Positions 39,492-49,600 of a stretch of DNA of 64,000 nucleotides are shown here, one piece after another (position 1 is the stretch's first letter; each line of letters opens with the position of its first letter). The stretch is from Saccostrea cucullata. Lineage: Eukaryota. Location: NCBI RefSeq assembly GCF_032062105.1, contig NW_026933969.1, positions 1-64,000 on the forward strand. Reading direction: 5' to 3'. The position numbers and the translations under genes are program-made. The notes under the pieces were generated by a model. The model saw only the letters and a program-made list of their open reading frames with translations. It did not search any database and was not told the origin of the DNA.

Positions 39492-39529
<38 letters not shown>

Positions 39530-42500
39530 CTACACAAAAATACTGTCACATAATAACCCAAATTCCAATTTCAAGTTTCAAATTGTTTTTAAAATTGCCA
39601 ATTTAACTCTGACATAGTTAATTATGGTGTTATCTTTCTGTTTACTATGTCAGTATGTGATAAATTTAAAAGTTTTTTGACCACAGATAAACAAAATTTA
39701 CTTTGTACAGAATAATCAATATGTAAAATATTTTTTCCCCAAGGAAAGAATTCATTTCTCATTTCTGAATTATTTACACAATTTCCAGATTTCTCCACTT
39801 AATTCTTTTCTTCACTTTATAAATGTACTCTACAATAATTTTCAAAGACAAGAAAATTTCTCGCAGGATACATGTAATTGTTTTGACAATCTGACAAGTA
39901 AAATTCACTAATTTTGATAAATCTAATTAAACAGTCAATCTTGCCTTGTCCCTTGGTTTGCTGTAGAATTAGCATCTGATTTCCTTTTTAGTATGCGAAC
40001 CTGTGGAGCATACTGTGTTCTATTTCCATCTTCAACCACAACTGCTTCTGATGCAAGTCTACAAAAAATAAAAAGGCAAACACTGACATTTATTTATTTC
40101 ATTAATAAAACTCATTAATAAAATAAATAAACTGTACCAATACGTTCAAGCAGACATCATGCAACCTTAAAAGATCAGAGACATGCAATATAAAATATAT
40201 TTTATTAGGCCTCTAAGGGTTGTGATATGATGTATATTTTTGTGTTCGTCTCAGTAATGTTGAGTGTCTTATGCTTGAAACTGGAAAGTTCCAAAACGTA
40301 AAAAAAAAAAAAAAACATTTTCTATAACAAAAAAATCTTTCTTTTGGATAGTTAAATTTGGTATAATTTAACAAATTTAAACAGCTCTCTCCAGTTTTAG
40401 ACTAAATTTAAATCATTATAATTAAGAATTCCCTTTCATTACTTTCACAATAATGCACATGAATATACAAGCATAGACAGTCCTAAAAACATTGAAATAT
40501 CTTCTCAGTCCATGTGCACACTGCTAATACAGACTTACTTTTTGGATTCCTTTAATTTCATTTCTTCTAATTTCTTGTCAAGATCCTTTAAAATAAAGAA
40601 AAATTCTGAAATCACAAAATTGTCAGGAAAAAATCCACAGTTGTAACAGTGCATGTCAACATTGTAGACATACAATGTTTATTTGAAGTGAGAATATTAC
40701 AAAAATATGTGCATTTTTCAGAGAAAAATACATCAGGGCTCGACATTAATGCTTGTCCGGTACTGATGAAAAAATTTATGGACAAGTGAATATGCTGGGA
40801 ACTAGTCCAATTGGACAAGTCACTTTAGTGCATTTTAATGTAAAAGTCTCTTTATCATGTTTATAATAAAAAGAACAACTGTTGAAAGTTAATTCGTAGT
40901 TTCAAGTCAGAAGCTGTACATAAACCCAAGCTTCAATTGCTATTAATTGAGATCACATTCAATCAGGATCCAAGTTCACTAACTGCATACTTCTGGAAAG
41001 GCATGGAGCTTACAAAGTTTGGATTCTGTTGGATGTTGACAGGTTCACTTGTGAACATTTATGTTGTTGTCAGGACAGAAAGCCTAGATAAAATTTCATT
41101 TTCTTTTTTTTGTTGTATTTATAAATAATATCATGAATCAATCAAAATTTACAATAATATCACGGATCAATCAAAATTTATTGAAAAATTTTCAGACAAG
41201 TGAAGTTGAAGTTCCGACAAGTTAATGTCTTGCCGAATGGTTACTTGTTTGAATGGACAAGTAGGAAAAAATGTTAATGTAGAGCCCTGTGCATATATAA
41301 CTGCTCCCTATATAACACCTAAAACTTGGTTAATCAATATTTAATTTAATTGATACTTTCAGTTACTTTCCAAAAATCATGACAGAGTAAATCCATTCTC
41401 TTATTTACTAGATTGCAAATATATAGAACATGTTCTGAATGTCAGGGACCAACCTAGACCAAAAATTTAGGGAGACTTCACTTCTCCCTCAGAGAATTTT
41501 AGGGAGAAGTTTCAAATTTTAGGGAGACTTCTCAGCGCGCGCAATGCGCATGAATTATTTAATGAAATTTTAATGTATATTCAACCATTGATTTCTTTGA
41601 AGTATTCCATCATTCTAAACCTATTTAAGGAGACAGAAAATGTAGGTCTTTAAACAATGTATTTAATTATTTTTTCATCAATTAATTAGTCATCAATTCA
41701 TAGCATGAAAATACATTTTTACACAATCCATTTAAATGGCTGTCAACTTGTACAAAATGAGTTTTGAATCAGTATTTACAAATTTTACACATGTACACAT
41801 CATTTCAAAACTTTAAGATTGAAAAAGTTTTCTCTTTTTTTCATCTTTCCAGATTTTCAGAGCCTTAGCAAAGTCAAAGTTTTCAATTGATGGACCATCC
41901 TCTGAAATCCTCATTAAGTCATTCACTGAATTATTATTCAAGTTTGTTCTTAGCCTTGATTTGATCCGATTTTGAGTGGAAAACCCCCTCTCACAGGTAG
42001 CACTGTTCACTGGCAACAGTGTGCAACACTGAACAAGTTTGATGACGTTTGGCAGGATATCCTCATATTCTGAACCAAGTTTCTCACAAACTTCACTCAA
42101 AGAAGATGTTGCGAAAGAGCCTACCACAAGTCTTTTGTACTGTTTGTATTCCATAGGTACTTGATCCGTTTCTATTCCTTGGACAGCAAAATGTTCAGCT
42201 AAAACAGCTACACTTTCATTTCCAAATTTGGCTAACTCTCCTTTTTTGTGAGCTGAAGTGATATGAAGAGGCTGTAACACTTGCATTTTTTCAATTAATC
42301 CACTTTCTTGAAATCTATCTTTCAAATTCTTTACTATGTTGTCCACATATTGTGGCATGATAGATCTGAGAATGTTTCTCTGCTGGGAAAAGAATTTGAC
42401 TTGAACTCCTTGTTGTCCTTCATCTTCATCATCAGAGCTCTCAAATCCATCAAAACCATCAATGTTAGTGTCAATGGCCTCTTGGACAACTGATTTTTTG

Positions 42501-45500
42501 CTTTCACTCTCAGGTCGATTGTACGTTACATCATCCCCATCTATAGTAGTAAATTCCTCAAGTTTATCTACATAGATGCCTTGAGCCTTTTTGAAATCAA
42601 GAAGGGCTTCACAGGTACTTTCCACTATTGGTGTAAGTTTACTCTGGTCCAAGTCCTTGGTTTGGAAAATCCGACTCAATCTACCCAGGAAAGGCAAAAT
42701 GTCCATCAGCATATGAGTAATTGCAATGAAACTGTACTGGGAAACTTCTGCATGAATTCCCCTTGCAGCTGGGTTGGAAGTTCCTTCATGCTCTAGGGCT
42801 ATAAGAAGGGCAGGGTAAGTCCTATAGAGAATTTCAACTGATTTCTGAAGACTTAACCATCTCACAGAGTGAATTTGGGCAAATTTCAGTGTAGGAAGGT
42901 TAAGCAGCATTTGGATTTCTCGCAGCTTATTTGATCGTAGTGCAGATCCACTGAAATAAAAGAAAATGTTTGACACTGTATCAGAGTATTTTTTCAGTTG
43001 AGGAATACATTTTGATGCTTGTGAGGCAGCAAGGGCACATCGGTGTGCAGCGCAGTGAATCCCGACTAAAGCTGGGCTGTATTCTTTGAGCCTCACAATT
43101 ACTCCATTTTTCCTTCCTGTCATGACGCTGGCTCCATCAGTTCCAACACCAACAAGTTTTGACACATCTAGGCCCTTAACTCTCAGCTCTGAAATCACAT
43201 GACTAACTATGGTCTCTGCATCTGCCTTGGGTGTAGAAATTTCTATGTTGCTTAGAAACCGTGTTTCCAGTTGTCTCTCCTGCAGGTAGTGAGCATAGAC
43301 GAGGAGACGTTTTCGATTTCCCCGGTCTGTGCTTTCATCCAGTGTTAAAGAAAAGATGCCAGAGTTTGTGATATTTTCAACTAGATCGAGTGATATAACT
43401 TTAGCACATGCACTCTGAAATTCTCCAACACTTTTGGAACTGGTGTAAGAAAGTTCTTCTTTCAGTGTTTGGCTCCCTATTTCACCCATTAAACTAATGA
43501 TGTATGGAAATTCTTCCTTAGGTAGCTCTCTCTTGGCAAGGAAATAGGCACACTTAATGTAATGGGTGATGAGTTGCTCATCTTTGTCAAGCTTACTGGC
43601 TAGTAGCTTCTGGAGTGGTTGCTGTTTGGCCAGTTTGGACTTTGTAATGGCAGTCAAGTGGAGCTGAGCTGAAATAAAATTGTTGAAAAGTTATTATTTT
43701 TTAATTCTGTTCTTACATTGAGCTTAATTTTTTTTCCAGAGTGGTCATTTGAAATCTTGCTAAAAATAACAAAGTTAATGTATGAAAAATAAAATTATTG
43801 ATATTAAAAATTGTTCAGAAAAAAATATCTATTTTAAGTACAGACACTAATTAACTGTACAAAAAATAAAATTTTAAGGGTTTTATCTCAGAAAGTATTT
43901 AAGCGAAGTTTTTATTTTATGCAAAAATAAAATATTAACAAAAAATTCAATAAAACATAAAAACTTACAGGACGCATGTCGCATATGGTTCGTTGTTTTC
44001 GCTGGCTTTTCATGACCATGTGCGTATGGATTGTCCAAACCTGCAGCTCTACACAATGTACAGTGCCACTTTTTTTCAGAATCCAATTCATACCATTCAA
44101 ATGCATTTTGTGTGATTTCTTTAGCAAACTTCTTTCTTGGAGATTGGATTACATTTTCGTCTTGTAACTTTCGCTTACTTCCGGGTTTCGGCGAACCGCC
44201 TGTCAGCCACGCTTGTAACGACATTTATTCTTTCTTGTTCAATTTTCTCTTGTGCTCGTTTATACAATAATGATTTTTTATTTTTAGCACATATATATAT
44301 TTATAAATGAAAACAAAGGACAATAAATATATCAATTTATTATGTCAATATGTGTATACTTCATACTGCCGATCGAGCGATTTCATGTCTTGGACAGTCC
44401 AGTCCAATACGAAAAATCGTAATATTACTAAAATTCGTAATATAAGCAATTTCTAACTCTTATAAGAGTTACTTCCCTTTTTTCTGATACAATATCTTTG
44501 TTATGTTTCATCAGAGATTATATGTGTCTGGTTTTATCATCGTGGATATGTATGGTTAGTGCATTTTCTTTGTTTTTGTGCATTCGATCCAAGTGCAAGC
44601 AGATTCAGAGCCTAGTGAGAGTCTTACAAGTTATCTCTCGTAACATCTCGTTATTTGAGATGAGGGTCTGATTTTCAGGGTAGACTTCGGGAAAAAAATA
44701 GGGAATTCGGGGATTATAGACCACTGTGACAAGCTTGAGGATACATTGAAATTTTATGGAAAATTGTTCCCAACCTTGGGAAAATTCTTATATAAGAATA
44801 ATAAAACAAAATGTTCACTCACCCATTACAATTGTTACTTTCTTCTTGCTTTTCCATACTTTTCAATAGACGTCACTGACCAAGATGACCACGTGATACT
44901 AGTACCATTGGGGCATAATGTATTTCTGACGTCATACTTCCCTAAACATCATTCAGTTTTTTTCAATGCTTAATTTTGTCTTGCATTACGAAAACTTGTA
45001 ATATATTCTCTCTCAACTTGCTATATTATGAGTTTCAGTAATTTAACTATATTACGAAAAATAGTAATATAAGAATAATATTACAATATTCTGTAATATT
45101 ACGATTTCTTGTAATATTACTATATTTCGTAACATTACGATTTTTCGTATTGGACTGGACTGTTGGATGTTGACATGTGTATAGTAAACGGTACATTTTG
45201 ACAATAAAATTCTTGATATGCGACTGTATTTATGACATGAGTGTAATATGCAGTTAATTTAAAAGTCTAAAAATCGTCTTCAACAACTTTGACATCATAT
45301 CGATAGCTGGTCAGGTGTTTTTCGTCTCTTGTGTATTATTTCCACTTACAGACTTTTTCATATGTTAAAGCGTAAATTTTAGAGGTGTTCCGACGGAGTA
45401 TTCGCTCAGTGGCCAGTAGCAGTGAAACAGATGCAAGCGCCCTGCTGTGATTCATGTTACTTCAACGGTGAAAAACACCATAAATTTTTCTTAAAGACAG

Positions 45501-46221
45501 TGTCGATTTTACCAGTTGTTCTTGATAGATTTTAATGAATAAAAGAAAATAGGGGGGTTAACATTTTAGGGCGACTTAAACTTCGCTTTTGTGATAATCT
45601 ACGGCGAAGTTTGGAGCCCAAAAGCGACTATTTCGCCCCAGTCGCCCCCTAGGTTGGTCCTTGTGAATGTTGAAGGGGCTTGTTCAAAGATCCAGTTAGA
45701 TCATTTAAATTCTAACTTGTTTGTCCGAAACACAGTTACATTATTAGAAAGCAATTTGTTTATAGCCGCCCAATGTAGGACAAATAAGAAGATCATATGA
45801 AAATTGACAATAACTGGATGGTGCAATCTTTCAGAATTGTTAGCTTGTTTCAATCGATACAAAATGTTTTTGATCAGCACAGTACATATGTATTAATTAT
45901 CTCAGGATTAATGTTCCTTCATCAGCATGTCAGATAAGAGCATAATTTGATGAACCCCTTGTCACAAGAGCATAATTTGATGAACCCCTTGTCACAACAA
46001 GGAAAGCTTTATAGCATACAAACATCTGGGTTTTTTCCGTTTTAATGAGTATTTTTCAGTCAATTGAAGAAAATGCAAGGGGCTTTGAATGAAAAGATTT
46101 AAAAGACTTTCTAGCCTATACTAACACATAGGGCTAGAACTGTAGAAGATAACAACTTTACCCCAGTATCTTCAAACTCCTCCCAGCTATCAAGTACCTC
46201 TCCATTCGCGTCTTCTGCCAT
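33690..46221 (-). CDS. SZRD1: SUZ RNA-binding domain-containing protein 1 (5 coding exons, 155 aa)
   Basis: Exons 46221-46162 (MAEDANGEVLDSWEEFEDTG), 40585-40539, 40058-39945 (PQVRILKRK), 34330-34205 (KTLEQREAEYAEARRRILGS, SUZ) and 33810-33690 (ILRQPRGPDGTDGF, SUZ-C). Phases are consistent and total 468 nt. Intron 3 needs a GC donor. Absent from the ORF track because the exons are short. Confidence 0.93.
34571..36130 (+). CDS. LINE ORF1p: coiled coil, SGNH/GDSL-type esterase domain, two CCHC zinc knuckles (519 aa)
   Basis: SGNH blocks VIGSSIL, RGASI, QAGGND, DGIHL; knuckles CYYCGEQGHSSRNC and CWYCGEHGHKQKFC; heptad stretch IKHLSETVKMLTKEVEILKKQL. Confidence 0.88.
   Translation: MDLSGSSSIFKSFLNSFSGFSQSFNGNDNELDLNPSANLPDFIQVKLNTESVTVNYDDQKHEFVLSVLQKLLSFHGNNKRNGCIYKSVCDTVTVTIYSSTHTILIQGTRAFEWYRNDFLKEINCQPDITHNDSETECKIIVDQPNCTSTPRPSKKLNESNIATGCGGHCKSAESIKHLSETVKMLTKEVEILKKQLMEAEQAKPHSNTSTQTCGKKVKQKETMTEGLSVTNGISRHTQCTITVEKRTSSTSTDADVSPSPVLKNTQSIKKVTNKKTDAHISKESQNISTSNRQNIITRNSQPPAREYNEIPVSTLVIGSSILQRIKTRGLDQSVRVSTNRGASIAHIRSKLQKFDVSSIQNVIIQAGGNDIANFRNIDAIENDFAEIVADLKRRNPNIAVYLSEVIPRRDADVTEVNKCIRYVCEEYGAVLIESNKSFKHWNSPSFWRDGIHLSDRGTASLLKLYSTHVKILKHQNSSTVQNCYYCGEQGHSSRNCRHGNKVTCWYCGEHGHKQKFCTK
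36131..39277 (+). CDS. LINE ORF2p: APE endonuclease + reverse transcriptase (open from 36131, no upstream AUG)
   Basis: APE motifs NLNV, LCET, GGG, YRPP, GDFN, IDH, SDH; RT motifs NYRPISIL, QSGFR, LDFSKAFD, GVPQGSILGP, FADD, KLLG. The track start at 36209 is TTG; the first in-frame ATG is at 36884. Confidence 0.93.
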   Translation, partial: DRGKESCADYTNYCPIINNVKNYFHPLINVCFDCNESICTCLLFNDNSSNYSLKSVNSDLCKSKQKILLNQNQRKLYNSSPTTDTPKNHNKQNVCDSKVGLLKKGLHFVNLNVCHILPKLDELILFLQDQQNVDIFSLCETFLDENISDCIINVNGYTFERKDRKGKAGGGLVTYISNDLKYKRRTDLEISNLETLWLEINLKNSKPILYCSVYRPPSAPSCWVDDFVREVQCATCCDDQEVIITGDFNIDMLKDPPQSWSSAIVDLGLTQLINTPTRITNSSKTLIDHFYTTHPANICEISVPPVAMSDHYPICATRRSNSMQRKGRHTEIQYRDFKTFNEHDFLHDLNNANFDELILLHDPDEILTYFYAIFNSVLNKHAKVKTKRVKSEIRTKWLTPEINEARIKRDQFHKQGDMGNFRFWRNKVTSLINDAKSTYYKTVIENSSTSKEMWGHLNQLSSKSDKYSSPSNITYNGLEFDNLKDISNAFNEHFAHIPRKLLNNLSLTSFDSEKLKRYTETKLGDQDFFEIPLINETKVFDMLNRLDINKSAGIDFLGPRLLKISASVISKPLTHLINSSIIKGSFPSQLKIAKVTPLFKKGDKSDPGNYRPISILPTISKVLEKHVAENIRIFTSHYDLLMKAQSGFREFHSCQTALTKLTDNWLHAIDEGNFVGITYLDFSKAFDLVNHDILITKLKCYNFDPISIQWFESYLNDRTQSVKIGAYTSESLPVTAGVPQGSILGPLLFLLYIADLPLSVEHCNIDMFADDTTMHFHGNNISYIEAALNQDLFQIQNWCQQNQMILNTDKTKSMLMGTHQKKSKLENANLHLQLSGQPLENVTTEKLLGVHIDHNLQFTSHVDAVCKTLAYKLFTLRKIKKFLPLHTRKLFYNAFILPSILYCLSIWGNSPQTHIDRIYKLQKRAARIILNEKYDAPSMPLFNILGWLTVHELLYLQKSILMFKTFHGMSPDYMHDLFEFQSCGSYTLRSQTNSELRLPKFKTNLFKNSLQYSGVIIWNELPISIRNSQSLSIFKSRVEHFLLMKRSS
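40734..41289. mobile_element. Non-autonomous hAT-like element
   Basis: TIRs cagggctcgacattaa / ttaatgtagagccctg (1 mismatch); repeated ggacaagt subterminal motifs; flanks tacat / tgcat. Confidence 0.7.
41813..44224 (-). CDS. hAT transposase (ZNF862-like), 2 exons, 703 aa
   Basis: Exon 1 44224-43969 and exon 2 43668-41813 are joined by a phase-1 GT-AG intron that restores the zinc finger CTLC...RHASSQLH. DDE motifs LDESTD, TDGASVM, CERGFS; CxxH motif HCAAH; VRWLS; C-terminal hATC dimerisation region. Confidence 0.9.
44394..45163. mobile_element. 770-bp MITE with 3-bp TSD, nested in the hAT upstream of the transposase ATG
   Basis: 30-bp TIR acagtccagtccaatacgaaaaatcgtaat and its reverse complement; TGG on both flanks; subterminal gtaatattac repeats. 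Confidence 0.85.
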
Positions 46222-46645
46222 ACTATATATGTGTAAATATATATTTTCTCTCAATATCAAGATTACTATTTCATTTGATTCGAAAGAGGGGTGGTGTTTC
46301 TCAAACTATTTTCATTTCAAACGATTTTTGCGACCTGCCAAAAGTGAAGAGGAAGTTCACATAAAAGTAAACTGTAACCGTGAAATATATCCGGATAGAA
46401 CTAAGCACAATAAAAAAAATATGTTAAGATAGAAAATAATTCAACGTATGGTGTATATTCCATGTATATTGAATCATTTGATAACTATATTTTTTTAATT
46501 CTTTAAACTGAATAATTTTTAGTTCTTTGGTAACAAGGTGCAAGATCTACTAAACGTTTATATTATAATCAAGCGTGTATTGGAAGCGTTCATATGATTA
46601 AGTTTGTTGTCATTTTAGAAGGACAAACGTGAAACCGTCAGAACA
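46222..46645. promoter_or_regulatory. Putative bidirectional promoter SZRD1/TTC36
   Basis: Divergent ATGs 424 bp apart; ETS-like gaggaagt near 46349. TSSs are not visible from sequence. Confidence 0.6.
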
Positions 46646-49600
46646 ATGTCAAGTGGTGATCATAATCATGTTTCTGCTCATGACAATGCTGTATTGAACA
46701 GAATATTCAATCCCAATTTACCATACGGCGATGTTGTGGACGAAGAAGAAGTGGAGAATGAAACTGGTAGTTGCAAAAGCATTTTTTTTTCTGTGTCATC
46801 ATCCACCCAAATGTTAAATTTATCAATTGCCAGTTGATAAATTTAACTAATTTCTTCAATCAAATGGCAAGTCGTCACCTATGAGGAATGTTTTAATAAT
46901 ACCAATCTAATGTGTTTATGTTGCTTCATATCTTTACTTTATGGCCAAGCAAGTTCAATTTGCAATCTACATGTCAGATTGCTCATGAACTGATGAATGC
47001 AGTTGTTTCAGCTGTAATCAGGGTAATAGGAGGAGAGAGAAATGCAGTGGACCAGACTGGGATTCGAACTCTGAGTCCCTCAGAATCTCCAGTCAGGTGC
47101 GCTATCATCAGAGCTATCTGGCAACCAGTAATCGACCTGTCTCTTCCAGGGCATGGCACAGCACCAAATGTAATGGGAAAGGAGAAAAATTCAGCAGACC
47201 AGAATGAGATTTGAACCAAGGCCCCCTGAATCTGTAGTCAGTTGCTCTACCAACTGAGCTATCCAATCACTGCGAATTCAACCTGATATGACAGCCAAAA
47301 AACATTGTCTAGAATTCACAGGATCAAACTAAAGTTTGAATTCTGGTCTGCTCTGCTCGTTTTCTAACTTTCCTTTATATTGTCATGCCTTGGAAGTGAC
47401 ATGTAGGAGTCGTGATGTATTGCTGGGGCTTAATCCTGTTATGAGAAAATGTGACATGATGTAAATTATATACTGCAGAATGTAAGAAAATCTAGCATTT
47501 GAATGTTTGAAATCTTTTAAATTAATGTATCTGTTAATACAGAAATTAACCAACGTTTATGAGAAAATATATTTATGTAAGTATTTGTTTCATTTCAGAG
47601 GAAGAAACTGATGAAATTAAAGTCTCAAAGCAACTAGAAATTGAAGGGGTCCAAGCAGCTGAGAGTGGGGACATAGAGACAGCATTAAATTCATTCTCCA
47701 GGGCCATTCAAAACACCCCTCAAAGGGCCTCAGGTTATAATAATCGTGCACAGGCTCTCCGGCTTAAGGGAGATGTCCAGGGTAAATTATATATAGATAA
47801 ACATTGATTTGATGCAAGTATTTTTTTATATTCTCAGGCAGAGAAAAAACTTTATTTTTCACTACAATGTATATGATCTAAAACACCACCCTAACACCAG
47901 AACCTCTGACCAGGGAATATGAATTGCACATTTTAGAAGAAGTATTCTTGCTTGTCTTAAGGATACACCAAAGGCTTTTTTCAAGATTTTTGTCAATTTT
48001 GAGATTTGTGGCTAAAAAAACAATGCTAATGACTGCTTTATGATGCATGAAAAATTCTTCCTGATTATTAAATGGTTTCTAATTATTTAACAATAATCAA
48101 ACATAAACACTAACACATGTGAATGTGCCGTTATTGAAGCTTCTGATTTGGTCTGTAACTGCCTGCTTCTGAAAGGAGCAATAAATCACTGTGACCACTT
48201 GGGGAATTCTTCACTTAGCCACACAGAGGTTAACAGTAATTAAACTACAGGGACTCTACATTTAGGGAAGGAGATCTAACAGGTCACTAATGACCGTGAA
48301 ATAGGAGGTGGGGCTTAGCTTTTGCCATTTTGCCGGGAAATCTTTCTGATTCAGAAATGAACCTACATATGTATTTTACTTCATTAAAAGCACCTTAATA
48401 AAGAATAGAACCTCCCATTCTTGTGAATATGCATAGGAAATATGGATGTGACAGGTATCCAAAGCTGAATCTCCAAGGTGTCATATATTTCTAGTTTTGA
48501 CAGACTTTGTTGTGTAATGGGTTTTTGCCCTCTACTGTAAAGTAAGATCAGACAGTTGGTGGTATTATTTCAAAGGATTCAGCTCCCTCATTTATTGACC
48601 AATTTCTCTGAAAACTGGCCAGAATGCGTCTCAAATGTGTGTTCACAAAACCATATCTCAGATTTTTGATATCTTGCTCAGTTCTCGATTTACTCGGGGA
48701 AATGTAGAATTTTGGTATTAAATCAGTAACATTGAAAGAAAAATGAATGTAACTTTTGAATAAGAAGATTTATCAAAAATCTGAGATCCAGTTTTAAAGT
48801 TCAATCTTTAATCTACATTCAATGAGGCAAAATTTTGACTTTGAAAGGTGGAATACAAAAAAGTTGATTTATAAAATATAAATGCACTAATATTTATATT
48901 AAAATATTAATAATCTGTTAATAAGATAAAAATGAAAGTTTATATCCCAGATAGCAAGACATAGTTGGGCCAACGTTGGCCCAATTTTTTTTCCAACGTT
49001 GGCCCACTGTTGGTAACCTTACGTTGGCCCACGGTAATTTTGCTCATCGGCCCAACGTTGGTCCAACATGTTGGCATATTGTTGGGCCAACGTAGGTATA
49101 ATTGTATGACAACTAACAGCCAACCTTAATAACTGGTTGGTTAGGTTGGCCCAACGTTGGCCCTTTGTTGAAATGTGAGATGGCATATTGTTGGGCCAAC
49201 GTAGTTATTAGTGTATGCCAACTAGCAGCCAACCTTAACAACTGTTTGGTTAGGTTGGCCCAACGTTGGCCCTTTGTTGAAATGTCAGATGGCATATTGT
49301 TGGGCCAACGTAGTTTTTAGTGTTTGCCAACTAACAGCCAACCTTAACAACTGGTTGGTTAGGTTGGCCCAATGTTGACCCTTTTTTTACAATGTCAGTT
49401 GGCAAATTGTTGGGCCAACGTAGTTGTTACATTGAAACATTTGCAATTGGTTAAGTGATGCTTTACATAAACCTATTTTATGACTGTTTAAAAAATTAAT
49501 AAACAATTCAATCTGCATTCATAATGCATACATGGACATGTTCAATGAAAACATTACTAATGATTCACTGTGAAAATATTTTATATACATCAATTCAATC

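Larger units (their letters stand above)
34485..39527 (+). mobile_element. Full-length CR1/L2-group (L2/Crack-like) LINE in SZRD1 intron 3, antisense to the host gene
   Basis: Two uninterrupted ORFs; 3'UTR with a small stem-loop (tagtg-ctcg-cacta, 39456-39469), AATAAA and a (TAT)n tail at 39495-39527. The 5' boundary is approximate and I found no clear TSD. Confidence 0.92.
41443..45663 (-). mobile_element. Autonomous hAT-superfamily DNA transposon in SZRD1 intron 1
   Basis: 15-bp TIRs cagggaccaacctag (41443-41457) and ctaggttggtccttg (45649-45663), 1 mismatch. TGAATGT lies directly outside both ends. Subterminal repeats tttagggagac / tttagggcgac. Encodes a transposase. Confidence 0.92.

Noticed and set aside
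34470-39570. aaattccaa on both sides of the LINE as a TSD
   Set aside because: The right copy lies ~30 bp beyond the tail rather than adjacent to it; likely chance in AT-rich DNA.
41813-44224. Domesticated host gene ZNF862
   Set aside because: Flanked by TIRs and a target duplication inside an intron, so it is a transposon; no gene symbol assigned.
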